Assembly (NCBI RefSeq): GCF_009914755.1
Contig: NC_060948.1
DNA: 64,000 bases
Strand: one strand, 5' to 3'
From: the human T2T-CHM13v2.0 reference genome, Homo sapiens
Shown here: positions 37,546 to 56,896 of the stretch, in pieces
Numbering within the stretch: the first letter of the stretch is position 1
How the letters are laid out: every line of letters begins with the position of its first letter
Notes under the pieces: generated by a model
What the model saw: the letters and a program-made list of their open reading frames with translations, nothing else
Told to the model about the DNA's origin: nothing
Database searches by the model: none
Made by a program: the position numbers and the translations under genes

Positions 37546-39648
37546 AGATCCATATTTTTTAAATGAAAAAAAATTTCAAAGGTACTCTGCTTGGTACAAT
37601 AATCAAATGTATAAACTGAGGAATAAAACATAACCATGAAACCTACTTATAACTGCATATGGAAAATACAGAGGATAATTTTTTAAATAACATATTTTGA
37701 AAGCCTTAACTAGTAATTTGAAGAGTTGGCATTTGAAAGGCCAGTATGAATATACCTTCAAAGCAGCAACACAGGTTCCCCATGAGAAAAAGCAAACACA
37801 GGGAAAATAAAAACACAAAGGTTCAATCTCTTCTGACCTTTGAAAGACACAGCACAGACAGTGGTCCTTAGGACGAAGAGCAGGAGACCCCTAATTCCGT
37901 CACCATGGCGATAGGGCATAAACATTGCTGGGTGAGGGCACAATCCAAATTGTGAGGTCCAACTGCTGCCAGGAAGACAGGAGTGCTTTTACATAGACCG
38001 AAAGGTCATTGAAGGCTCAGAGTTTTGTTTCAAGAACTGAATCCCAAGCCCACACGTTATTAGGCTGCGCTTCTTAAAACAAGTGATGAGATGGGAAAAA
38101 GGGCACCCACAAACATACGTATACATTATGTATATAATAATATACAGTATCATATATATAATATATATAACCTATGTATAATATTGTTTTACATCCTGCA
38201 TCTTATGTTATATATATTGTATAAAATATAATAATTGATAATATATAAGTTTTATAATTATACAATATGACATATAGTATATATTATAATTTATGACATA
38301 TATAATACATGTTATATATCATATATAGAATATATTATACGGTTAATATACGTATTAAATGTAAATTATACCTTATATATATTATATATAATATAACTGT
38401 TATATATAATACCCATTATGCATAATATATATATTATGTCTATGTTATATATAGTATAAAACAACATATAATAATATATAATTGTATATATAAAATGCGA
38501 CATATAATATATATTATATTTTATAACATATGTAATATATATTATATATTATATATAATACGTTGTATGTATAATACCTATATTAAATATATATTATATG
38601 ACTATGTTATTAATTACATGTCACATGTGTTATATATTATATATTTTACATAGAATATACCGGTTACATACAATATATACTATGTTACCTATAATGTATA
38701 ATTTATTACAAGTAAAATAAAGAATGCAATATATTATGTATAATTTATAATATACAATATGTGGAATGTGATATATGTAACATATAATATATGATATATG
38801 ATATACAGTATATGATATATAACATACAATATATGATTCCTAATATATATGGTATACAATATATATTTTATGATATGTATTCTATATGTTTTATATTCTG
38901 TTATATATAACTATTTGAAATTATATATAACTGTATAATATTTTATGTAAATATGTAATATAATATATATAACTATATAATATATTATATATAACTATAT
39001 ATTATGTTATGTATACTTTTATAACATAATTTACATAAAATATCATAATATAATATATATTATATTATTTCATATTACATAATATATATTACATATCACC
39101 CAATATAACTAACATACCTAATATTATAATATAGATTATATTATGTTATATTAAATATCATATATATCATGTATCATATATTCTATAATATATATTACAC
39201 ATTATATAATATGTATGCTGTCTATTATGTGATATATATAACTATATATAATTATATTTTTATACATATAACTAGATAAACATGTAATTCTACATATTTT
39301 CATTTATAATATGTAGAATTATATAATCATATATAATTATTTATATTCTATAAAAAATTTTATCATTATATAAATTATAATATATAAAAATTATAATATG
39401 TACTACAAATATATATATTATATATCATATATGATATAGTACCTTTGTTATATATCATAATACATATAAATGTGTATTATGTTATCTATAATTATATAAT
39501 TTCATATATAAGGTGTATAATATGTATCATATATTATATATGTTATGTAATATATATAGTATATATAAGATGACACAGGATAAATATTATATACTATGAC
39601 ATATAAAATATATGAGGTTATATGTTACATATAAGGCATAGCACATAA

Positions 39649-39963
<315 letters not shown>

Positions 39964-42068
39964 AGATCCGTATTTTTTAAATGAAAAAAAATTTCAAAGG
40001 TACTCTGCTTGGTACAATAATCAAATGTATAAACTGAGGAATAAAACATAACCATGAAACCTACTTATAACTGCATATGGAAAATACAGAGGATAATTTT
40101 TTAAATAACATATTTTGAAAGCCTTAACTAGTAATTTGAAGAGTTGGCATTTGAAAGGCCAGTATGAATATACCTTCAAAGCAGCAACACAGGTTCCCCA
40201 TGAGAAAAAGCAAACACAGGGAAAATAAAAACACAAAGGTTCAATCTCTTCTGACCTTTGAAAGACACAGCACAGACAGTGGTCCTTAGGACGAAGAGCA
40301 GGAGACCCCTAATTCCGTCACCATGGCGATAGGGCATAAACATTGCTGGGTGAGGGCACAATCCACATTGTGAGGTCCAACTGCTGCCAGGAAGACAGGA
40401 GTGCTTTTACATAGACCGAAAGGTCATTGAAGGCTCAGAGTTTTGTTTCAAGAACTGAATCCCAAGCCCACACGTTATTAGGCTGCGCTTCTTAAAACAA
40501 GTGATGAGATGGGAAAAAGGGCACCCACAAACATACGTATACATTATGTATATAATAATATACAGTATCATATATATAATATATATAACCTATGTATAAT
40601 ATTGTTTTACATCCTGCATCTTATGTTATATATATTGTATAAAATATAATAATTGATAATATATAAGTTTTATAATTATACAATATGACATATAGTATAT
40701 ATTATAATTTATGACATATATAATATATGTTATATATCATATATAGAATATATTATACGGTTAATATACGTATTAAATGTAAATTATACCTTATATATAT
40801 TATATATAATATAACTGTTATATATAATACCCATTATGCATAATATATATATTATGTCTATGTTATATATAGTATAAAACAACATATAATAATATATAAT
40901 TGTATATATAAAATGCGACATATAATATATATTATATTTTATAACATATGTAATATATATTATATATTATATATAATACGTTGTATGTATAATACCTATA
41001 TTAAATATATATTATATGACTATGTTATTAATTACATGTCACATGTGTTATATATTATATATTTTACATAGAATATACCGGTTACATACAATATATACTA
41101 TGTTACCTATAATGTATAATTTATTACATGTAAAATAAAGAATGCAATATATTATGTATAATTTATAATATACAATATGTGGAATGTGATATATGTAACA
41201 TATAATATATGATATATGATATACAGTATATGATATATAACATACAATATATGATTCCTAATATATATGGTATACAATATATATTTTATGATATGTATTC
41301 TATATGTTTTATATTCTGTTATATATAACTATTTGAAATTATATATAACTGTATAATATTTTATGTAAATATGTAATATAATATATATAACTATATAATA
41401 TATTATATATAACTATATATTATGTTATGTATACTTTTATAACATAATTTACATAAAATATCATAATATAATATATATTATATTATTTCATATTACATAA
41501 TATATATTACATATCACCCAATATAACTAACATACATAATATTATAATATAGATTATATTATGTTATATTAAATATCATATATATCATGTATCATATATT
41601 CTATAATATATATTACACATTATATAATATGTATGCTGTCTATTATGTGATATATATAACTATATATATAATTATATTTTTATACATATAACTAGATAAA
41701 CATGTAATTCTACATATTTTCATTTATAATATGTAGAATTATATAATCATATATAATTCTTTATATTCTATAAAAAATTTTATCATTATATAAATTATAA
41801 TATATAAAAATTATAATATGTACTACAAATATATATATTATATATCATATATGATATAGTACCTTTGTTATATATCATAATACATATAAATGTGTATTAT
41901 GTTATCTATAATTATATAATTTCATATATAAGGTGTATAATATGTATCATATATTATATATGTTATGTAATATATATAGTATATATAAGATGACACAGGA
42001 TAAATATTATATACTATGACATATAAAATATATGAGGTTATATGTTACATATAAGGCATAGCACATAA

Positions 42069-42383
<315 letters not shown>

Positions 42384-44486
42384 AGATCCATATTTTTTAA
42401 ATGAAAAAAAATTTCAAAGGTACTCTGCTTGGTACAATAATCAAATGTATAAACTGAGGAATAAAACATAACCATGAAACCTACTTATAACTGCATATGG
42501 AAAATACAGAGGATAATTTTTTAAATAACATATTTTGAAAGCCTTAACTAGTAATTTGAAGAGTTGGCATTTGAAAGGCCAGTATGAATATACCTTCAAA
42601 GCAGCAACACAGGTTCCCCATGAGAAAAAGCAAACACAGGGAAAATAAAAACACAAAGGTTCAATCTCTTCTGACCTTTGAAAGACACAGCACAGACAGT
42701 GGTCCTTAGGACGAAGAGCAGGAGACCCCTAATTCCGTCACCATGGCGATAGGGCATAAACATTGCTGGGTGAGGGCACAATCCAAATTGTGAGGTCCAA
42801 CTGCTGCCAGGAAGACAGGAGTGCTTTTACATAGACCGAAAGGTCATTGAAGGCTCAGAGTTTTGTTTCAAGAACTGAATCCCAAGCCCACACGTTATTA
42901 GGCTGCGCTTCTTAAAACAAGTGATGAGATGGGAAAAAGGGCACCCACAAACATACGTATACATTATGTATATAATAATATACAGTATCATATATATAAT
43001 ATATATAACCTATGTATAATATTGTTTTACATCCTGCATCTTATGTTATATATATTGTATAAAATATAATAATTGATAATATATAAGTTTTATAATTATA
43101 CAATATGACATATAGTATATATTATAATTTATGACATATATAATACATGTTATATATCATATATAGAATATATTATACGGTTAATATACGTATTAAATGT
43201 AAATTATACCTTATATATATTATATATAATATAACTGTTATATATAATACCCATTATGCATAATATATATATTATGTCTATGTTATATATAGTATAAAAC
43301 AACATATAATAATATATAATTGTATATATAAAATGCGACATATAATATATATTATATTTTATAACATATGTAATATATATTATATATTATATATAATACG
43401 TTGTATGTATAATACCTATATTAAATATATATTATATGACTATGTTATTAATTACATGTCACATGTGTTATATATTATATATTTTACATAGAATATACCG
43501 GTTACATACAATATATACTATGTTACCTATAATGTATAATTTATTACAAGTAAAATAAAGAATGCAATATAGTATGTATAATTTATAATATACAATATGT
43601 GGAATGTGATATATGTAACATATAATATATGATATATGATATACAGTATATGATATATAACATACAATATATGATTCCTAATATATATGGTATACAATAT
43701 ATATTTTATGATATGTATTCTATATGTTTTATATTCTGTTATATATAACTATTTGAAATTATATATAACTGTATAATATTTTATGTAAATATGTAATATA
43801 ATATATATAACTATATAATATATTATATATAACTATATATTATGTTATGTATACTTTTATAACATAATTTACATAAAATATCATAATATAATATATATTA
43901 TATTATTTCATATTACATAATATATATTACATATCACCCAATATAACTAACATACCTAATATTATAATATAGATTATATTATGTTATATTAAATATCATA
44001 TATATCATGTATCATATATTCTATAATATATATTACACATTATATAATATGTATGCTGTCTATTATGTGATATATATAACTATATATAATTATATTTTTA
44101 TACATATAACTAGATAAACATGTAATTCTACATATTTTCATTTATAATATGTAGAATTATATAATCATATATAATTATTTATATTCTATAAAAAATTTTA
44201 TCATTATATAAATTATAATATATAAAAATTATAATATGTACTACAAATATATATATTATATATCATATATGATATAGTACCTTTGTTATATATCATAATA
44301 CATATAAATGTGTATTATGTTATCTATAATTATATAATTTCATATATAAGGTGTATAATATGTATCATATATTATATATGTTATGTAATATATATAGTAT
44401 ATATAAGATGACACAGGATAAATATTATATACTATGACATATAAAATATATGAGGTTATATGTTACATATAAGGCATAGCACATAA

Positions 44487-44801
<315 letters not shown>

Positions 44802-46906
44802 AGATCCGTATTTTTTAAATGAAAAAAAATTTCAAAGGTACTCTGCTTGGTACAATAATCAAATGTATAAACTGAGGAATAAAACATAACCATGAAACCT
44901 ACTTATAACTGCATATGGAAAATACAGAGGATAATTTTTTAAATAACATATTTTGAAAGCCTTAACTAGTAATTTGAAGAGTTGGCATTTGAAAGGCCAG
45001 TATGAATATACCTTCAAAGCAGCAACACAGGTTCCCCATGAGAAAAAGCAAACACAGGGAAAATAAAAACACAAAGGTTCAATCTCTTCTGACCTTTGAA
45101 AGACACAGCACAGACAGTGGTCCTTAGGACGAAGAGCAGGAGACCCCTAATTCCGTCACCATGGCGATAGGGCATAAACATTGCTGGGTGAGGGCACAAT
45201 CCACATTGTGAGGTCCAACTGCTGCCAGGAAGACAGGAGTGCTTTTACATAGACCGAAAGGTCATTGAAGGCTCAGAGTTTTGTTTCAAGAACTGAATCC
45301 CAAGCCCACACGTTATTAGGCTGCGCTTCTTAAAACAAGTGATGAGATGGGAAAAAGGGCACCCACAAACATACGTATACATTATGTATATAATAATATA
45401 CAGTATCATATATATAATATATATAACCTATGTATAATATTGTTTTACATCCTGCATCTTATGTTATATATATTGTATAAAATATAATAATTGATAATAT
45501 ATAAGTTTTATAATTATACAATATGACATATAGTATATATTATAATTTATGACATATATAATATATGTTATATATCATATATAGAATATATTATACGGTT
45601 AATATACGTATTAAATGTAAATTATACCTTATATATATTATATATAATATAACTGTTATATATAATACCCATTATGCATAATATATATATTATGTCTATG
45701 TTATATATAGTATAAAACAACATATAATAATATATAATTGTATATATAAAATGCGACATATAATATATATTATATTTTATAACATATGTAATATATATTA
45801 TATATTATATATAATACGTTGTATGTATAATACCTATATTAAATATATATTATATGACTATGTTATTAATTACATGTCACATGTGTTATATATTATATAT
45901 TTTACATAGAATATACCGGTTACATACAATATATACTATGTTACCTATAATGTATAATTTATTACATGTAAAATAAAGAATGCAATATATTATGTATAAT
46001 TTATAATATACAATATGTGGAATGTGATATATGTAACATATAATATATGATATATGATATACAGTATATGATATATAACATACAATATATGATTCCTAAT
46101 ATATATGGTATACAATATATATTTTATGATATGTATTCTATATGTTTTATATTCTGTTATATATAACTATTTGAAATTATATATAACTGTATAATATTTT
46201 ATGTAAATATGTAATATAATATATATAACTATATAATATATTATATATAACTATATATTATGTTATGTATACTTTTATAACATAATTTACATAAAATATC
46301 ATAATATAATATATATTATATTATTTCATATTACATAATATATATTACATATCACCCAATATAACTAACATACATAATATTATAATATAGATTATATTAT
46401 GTTATATTAAATATCATATATATCATGTATCATATATTCTATAATATATATTACACATTATATAATATGTATGCTGTCTATTATGTGATATATATAACTA
46501 TATATATAATTATATTTTTATACATATAACTAGATAAACATGTAATTCTACATATTTTCATTTATAATATGTAGAATTATATAATCATATATAATTCTTT
46601 ATATTCTATAAAAAATTTTATCATTATATAAATTATAATATATAAAAATTATAATATGTACTACAAATATATATATTATATATCATATATGATATAGTAC
46701 CTTTGTTATATATCATAATACATATAAATGTGTATTATGTTATCTATAATTATATAATTTCATATATAAGGTGTATAATATGTATCATATATTATATATG
46801 TTATGTAATATATATAGTATATATAAGATGACACAGGATAAATATTATATACTATGACATATAAAATATATGAGGTTATATGTTACATATAAGGCATAGC
46901 ACATAA

Positions 46907-47221
<315 letters not shown>

Positions 47222-49324
47222 AGATCCGTATTTTTTAAATGAAAAAAAATTTCAAAGGTACTCTGCTTGGTACAATAATCAAATGTATAAACTGAGGAAT
47301 AAAACATAACCATGAAACCTACTTATAACTGCATATGGAAAATACAGAGGATAATTTTTTAAATAACATATTTTGAAAGCCTTAACTAGTAATTTGAAGA
47401 GTTGGCATTTGAAAGGCCAGTATGAATATACCTTCAAAGCAGCAACACAGGTTCCCCATGAGAAAAAGCAAACACAGGGAAAATAAAAACACAAAGGTTC
47501 AATCTCTTCTGACCTTTGAAAGACACAGCACAGACAGTGGTCCTTAGGACGAAGAGCAGGAGACCCCTAATTCCGTCACCATGGCGATAGGGCATAAACA
47601 TTGCTGGGTGAGGGCACAATCCAAATTGTGAGGTCCAACTGCTGCCAGGAAGACAGGAGTGCTTTTACATAGACCGAAAGGTCATTGAAGGCTCAGAGTT
47701 TTGTTTCAAGAACTGAATCCCAAGCCCACACGTTATTAGGCTGCGCTTCTTAAAACAAGTGATGAGATGGGAAAAAGGGCACCCACAAACATACGTATAC
47801 ATTATGTATATAATAATATACAGTATCATATATATAATATATATAACCTATGTATAATATTGTTTTACATCCTGCATCTTATGTTATATATATTGTATAA
47901 AATATAATAATTGATAATATATAAGTTTTATAATTATACAATATGACATATAGTATATATTATAATTTATGACATATATAATACATGTTATATATCATAT
48001 ATAGAATATATTATACGGTTAATATACGTATTAAATGTAAATTATACCTTATATATATTATATATAATATAACTGTTATATATAATACCCATTATGCATA
48101 ATATATATATTATGTCTATGTTATATATAGTATAAAACAACATATAATAATATATAATTGTATATATAAAATGCGACATATAATATATATTATATTTTAT
48201 AACATATGTAATATATATTATATATTATATATAATACGTTGTATGTATAATACCTATATTAAATATATATTATATGACTATGTTATTAATTACATGTCAC
48301 ATGTGTTATATATTATATATTTTACATAGAATATACCGGTTACATACAATATATACTATGTTACCTATAATGTATAATTTATTACAAGTAAAATAAAGAA
48401 TGCAATATATTATGTATAATTTATAATATACAATATGTGGAATGTGATATATGTAACATATAATATATGATATATGATATACAGTATATGATATATAACA
48501 TACAATATATGATTCCTAATATATATGGTATACAATATATATTTTATGATATGTATTCTATATGTTTTATATTCTGTTATATATAACTATTTGAAATTAT
48601 ATATAACTGTATAATATTTTATGTAAATATGTAATATAATATATATAACTATATAATATATTATATATAACTATATATTATGTTATGTATACTTTTATAA
48701 CATAATTTACATAAAATATCATAATATAATATATATTATATTATTTCATATTACATAATATATATTACATATCACCCAATATAACTAACATACCTAATAT
48801 TATAATATAGATTATATTATGTTATATTAAATATCATATATATCATGTATCATATATTCTATAATATATATTACACATTATATAATATGTATGCTGTCTA
48901 TTATGTGATATATATAACTATATATAATTATATTTTTATACATATAACTAGATAAACATGTAATTCTACATATTTTCATTTATAATATGTAGAATTATAT
49001 AATCATATATAATTATTTATATTCTATAAAAAATTTTATCATTATATAAATTATAATATATAAAAATTATAATATGTACTACAAATATATATATTATATA
49101 TCATATATGATATAGTACCTTTGTTATATATCATAATACATATAAATGTGTATTATGTTATCTATAATTATATAATTTCATATATAAGGTGTATAATATG
49201 TATCATATATTATATATGTTATGTAATATATATAGTATATATAAGATGACACAGGATAAATATTATATACTATGACATATAAAATATATGAGGTTATATG
49301 TTACATATAAGGCATAGCACATAA

Positions 49325-49639
<315 letters not shown>

Positions 49640-51746
49640 AGATCCGTATTTTTTAAATGAAAAAAAATTTCAAAGGTACTCTGCTTGGTACAATAATCAA
49701 ATGTATAAACTGAGGAATAAAACATAACCATGAAACCTACTTATAACTGCATATGGAAAATACAGAGGATAATTTTTTAAATAACATATTTTGAAAGCCT
49801 TAACTAGTAATTTGAAGAGTTGGCATTTGAAAGGCCAGTATGAATATACCTTCAAAGCAGCAACACAGGTTCCCCATGAGAAAAAGCAAACACAGGGAAA
49901 ATAAAAACACAAAGGTTCAATCTCTTCTGACCTTTGAAAGACACAGCACAGACAGTGGTCCTTAGGACGAAGAGCAGGAGACCCCTAATTCCGTCACCAT
50001 GGCGATAGGGCATAAACATTGCTGGGTGAGGGCACAATCCACATTGTGAGGTCCAACTGCTGCCAGGAAGACAGGAGTGCTTTTACATAGACCGAAAGGT
50101 CATTGAAGGCTCAGAGTTTTGTTTCAAGAACTGAATCCCAAGCCCACACGTTATTAGGCTGCGCTTCTTAAAACAAGTGATGAGATGGGAAAAAGGGCAC
50201 CCACAAACATACGTATACATTATGTATATAATAATATACAGTATCATATATATAATATATATAACCTATGTATAATATTGTTTTACATCCTGCATCTTAT
50301 GTTATATATATTGTGTAAAATATAATAATTGATAATATATAAGTTTTATAATTATACAATATGACATATAGTATATATTATAATTTATGACATATATAAT
50401 ATATGTTATATATCATATATAGAATATATTATACGGTTAATATACGTATTAAATGTAAATTATACCTTATATATATTATATATAATATAACTGTTATATA
50501 TAATACCCATTATGCATAATATATATATTATGTCTATGTTATATATAGTATAAAACAACATATAATAATATATAATTGTATATATAAAATGCGACATATA
50601 ATATATATTATATTTTATAACATATGTAATATATATTATATATTATATATAATACGTTGTATGTATAATACCTATATTAAATATATATTATATGACTATG
50701 TTATTAATTACATGTCACATGTGTTATATATTATATATTTTACATAGAATATACCGGTTACATACAATATATACTATGTTACCTATAATGTATAATTTAT
50801 TACATGTAAAATAAAGAATGCAATATATTATGTATAATTTATAATATACAATATGTGGAATGTGATATATGTAACATATAATATATGATATATGATATAC
50901 AGTATATGATATATAACATACAATATATGATTCCTAATATATATGGTATACAATATATATTTTATGATATGTATTCTATATGTTTTATATTCTGTTATAT
51001 ATAACTATTTGAAATTATATATAACTGTATAATATTTTATGTAAATATGTAATATAATATATATAACTATATAATATATTATATATAACTATATATTATG
51101 TTATGTATACTTTTATAACATAATTTACATAAAATATCATAATATAATATATATTATATTATTTCATATTACATAATATATATTACATATCACCCAATAT
51201 AACTAACATACATAATATTATAATATAGATTATATTATGTTATATTAAATATCATATATATCATGTATCATATATTCTATAATATATATTACACATTATA
51301 TAATATGTATGCTGTCTATTATGTGATATATATAACTATATATATAATTATATTTTTATACATATAACTAGATAAACATGTAATTCTACATATTTTCATT
51401 TATAATATGTAGAATTATATAATCATATATAATTCTTTATATTCTATAAAAAATTTTATCATTATATAAATTATAATATATAAAAATTATAATATGTACT
51501 ACAAATATATATATATTATATATCATATATGATATAGTACCTTTGTTATATATCATAATACATATAAATGTGTATTATGTTATCTATAATTATATAATTT
51601 CATATATAAGGTGTATAATATGTATCATATATTATATATGTTATGTAATATATATAGTATATATAAGATGACACAGGATAAATATTATATACTATGACAT
51701 ATAAAATATATGAGGTTATATGTTACATATAAGGCATAGCACATAA

Positions 51747-52061
<315 letters not shown>

Positions 52062-54161
52062 AGATCCGTATTTTTTAAATGAAAAAAAATTTCAAAGGTA
52101 CTCTGCTTGGTACAATAATCAAATGTATAAACTGAGGAATAAAACATAACCATGAAACCTACTTATAACTGCATATGGAAAATACAGAGGATAATTTTTT
52201 AAATAACATATTTTGAAAGCCTTAACTAGTAATTTGAAGAGTTGGCATTTGAAAGGCCAGTATGAATATACCTTCAAAGCAGCAACACAGGTTCCCCATG
52301 AGAAAAAGCAAACACAGGGAAAATAAAAACACAAAGGTTCAATCTCTTCTGACCTTTGAAAGACACAGCACAGACAGTGGTCCTTAGGACGAAGAGCAGG
52401 AGACCCCTAATTCCGTCACCATGGCGATAGGGCATAAACATTGCTGGGTGAGGGCACAATCCACATTGTGAGGTCCAACTGCTGCCAGGAAGACAGGAGT
52501 GCTTTTACATAGACCGAAAGGTCATTGAAGGCTCAGAGTTTTGTTTCAAGAACTGAATCCCAAGCCCACACGTTATTAGGCTGCGCTTCTTAAAACAAGT
52601 GATGAGATGGGAAAAAGGGCACCCACAAACATACGTATACATTATGTATATAATAATATACAGTATCATATATATAATATATATAACCTATGTATAATAT
52701 TGTTTTACATCCTGCATCTTATGTTATATATATTGTGTAAAATATAATAATTGATAATATATAAGTTTTATAATTATACAATATGACATATAGTATATAT
52801 TATAATTTATGACATATATAATATATGTTATATATCATATATAGAATATATTATACGGTTAATATACGTATTAAATGTAAATTATACCTTATATATATTA
52901 TATATAATATAACTGTTATATATAATACCCATTATGCATAATATATATATTATGTCTATGTTATATATAGTATAAAACAACATATAATAATATATAATTG
53001 TATATATAAAATGCGACATATAATATATATTATATTTTATAACATATGTAATATATATTATATATTATATATAATACGTTGTATGTATAATACCTATATT
53101 AAATATATATTATATGACTATGTTATTAATTACATGTCACATGTGTTATATATTATATATTTTACATAGAATATACCGGTTACATACAATATATACTATG
53201 TTACCTATAATGTATAATTGATTACATGTAAAATAAAGAATGCAATATATTATGTATAATTTATAATATACAATATGTGGAATGTGATATATGTAACATA
53301 TAATATATGATATATGATATACAGTATATGATATATAACATACAATATATGATTCCTAATATATATGGTATACAATATATATTTTATGATATGTATTCTA
53401 TATGTTTTATATTCTGTTATATATAACTATTTGAAATTATATATAACTGTATATTTTATGTAAATATGTAATATAATATATATAACTATATAATATATTA
53501 TATATAACTATATATTATGTTATGTATACTTTTATAACATAATTTACATAAAATATCATAATATAATATATATTATATTATTTCATATTACATAATATAT
53601 ATTACATATCACCCAATATAACTAACATACCTAATATTATAATATAGATTATATTATGTTATATTAAATATCATATATATCATGTATCATATATTCTATA
53701 ATATATATTACACATTATATAATATGTATGCTGTCTATTATGTGATATATATAACTATATATAATTATATTTTTATACATATAACTAGATAAACATGTAA
53801 TTCTACATATTTTCATTTATAATATGTAGAATTATATAATCATATATAATTATTTATATTCTATAAAAAATTTTATCATTATATAAATTATAATATATAA
53901 AAATTATAATATGTACTACAAATATATATATTATATATCATATATGATATAGTACCTTTGTTATATATCATAATACATATAAATGTGTATTATGTTATCT
54001 ATAATTATATAATTTCATATATAAGGTGTATAATATGTATCATATATTATATATGTTATGTAATATATATAGTATATATAAGATGACACAGGATAAATAT
54101 TATATACTATGACATATAAAATATATGAGGTTATATGTTACATATAAGGCATAGCACATAA

Positions 54162-54476
<315 letters not shown>

Positions 54477-56581
54477 AGATCCGTATTTTTTAAATGAAAA
54501 AAAATTTCAAAGGTACTCTGCTTGGTACAATAATCAAATGTATAAACTGAGGAATAAAACATAACCATGAAACCTACTTATAACTGCATATGGAAAATAC
54601 AGAGGATAATTTTTTAAATAACATATTTTGAAAGCCTTAACTAGTAATTTGAAGAGTTGGCATTTGAAAGGCCAGTATGAATATACCTTCAAAGCAGCAA
54701 CACAGGTTCCCCATGAGAAAAAGCAAACACAGGGAAAATAAAAACACAAAGGTTCAATCTCTTCTGACCTTTGAAAGACACAGCACAGACAGTGGTCCTT
54801 AGGACGAAGAGCAGGAGACCCCTAATTCCGTCACCATGGCGATAGGGCATAAACATTGCTGGGTGAGGGCACAATCCACATTGTGAGGTCCAACTGCTGC
54901 CAGGAAGACAGGAGTGCTTTTACATAGACCGAAAGGTCATTGAAGGCTCAGAGTTTTGTTTCAAGAACTGAATCCCAAGCCCACACGTTATTAGGCTGCG
55001 CTTCTTAAAACAAGTGATGAGATGGGAAAAAGGGCACCCACAAACATACGTATACATTATGTATATAATAATATACAGTATCATATATATAATATATATA
55101 ACCTATGTATAATATTGTTTTACATCCTGCATCTTATGTTATATATATTGTGTAAAATATAATAATTGATAATATATAAGTTTTATAATTATACAATATG
55201 ACATATAGTATATATTATAATTTATGACATATATAATATATGTTATATATCATATATAGAATATATTATACGGTTAATATACGTATTAAATGTAAATTAT
55301 ACCTTATATATATTATATATAATATAACTGTTATATATAATACCCATTATGCATAATATATATATTATGTCTATGTTATATATAGTATAAAACAACATAT
55401 AATAATATATAATTGTATATATAAAATGCGACATATAATATATATTATATTTTATAACATATGTAATATATATTATATATTATATATAATACGTTGTATG
55501 TATAATACCTATATTAAATATATATTATATGACTATGTTATTAATTACATGTCACATGTGTTATATATTATATATTTTACATAGAATATACCGGTTACAT
55601 ACAATATATACTATGTTACCTATAATGTATAATTTATTACATGTAAAATAAAGAATGCAATATATTATGTATAATTTATAATATACAATATGTGGAATGT
55701 GATATATGTAACATATAATATATGATATATGATATACAGTATATGATATATAACATACAATATATGATTCCTAATATATATGGTATACAATATATATTTT
55801 ATGATATGTATTCTATATGTTTTATATTCTGTTATATATAACTATTTGAAATTATATATAACTGTATAATATTTTATGTAAATATGTAATATAATATATA
55901 TAACTATATAATATATTATATATAACTATATATTATGTTATGTATACTTTTATAACATAATTTACATAAAATATCATAATATAATATATATTATATTATT
56001 TCATATTACATAATATATATTACATATCACCCAATATAACTAACATACATAATATTATAATATAGATTATATTATGTTATATTAAATATCATATATATCA
56101 TGTATCATATATTCTATAATATATATTACACATTATATAATATGTATGTTGTCTATTATGTGATATATATAACTATATATATAATTATATTTTTATACAT
56201 ATAACTAGATAACCATGTAATTCTACATATTTTCATTTATAATATGTAGAATTATATAATCATATATAATTATTTATATTCTATAAAAAATTTTATCATT
56301 ATATAAATTATAATATATAAAAATTATAATATGTACTACAAATATATATATTATATATCATATATGATATAGTACCTTTGTTATATATCATAATACATAT
56401 AAATGTGTATTATGTTATCTATAATTATATAATTTCATATATAAAGTGTATAATATGTATCATATATTATATATGTTATGTAATATATATAGTATATATA
56501 AGATGACACAGGATAAATATTATATACTATGACATATAAAATATATGAGGTTATATGTTACATATAAGGCATAGCACATAA

Positions 56582-56896
<315 letters not shown>

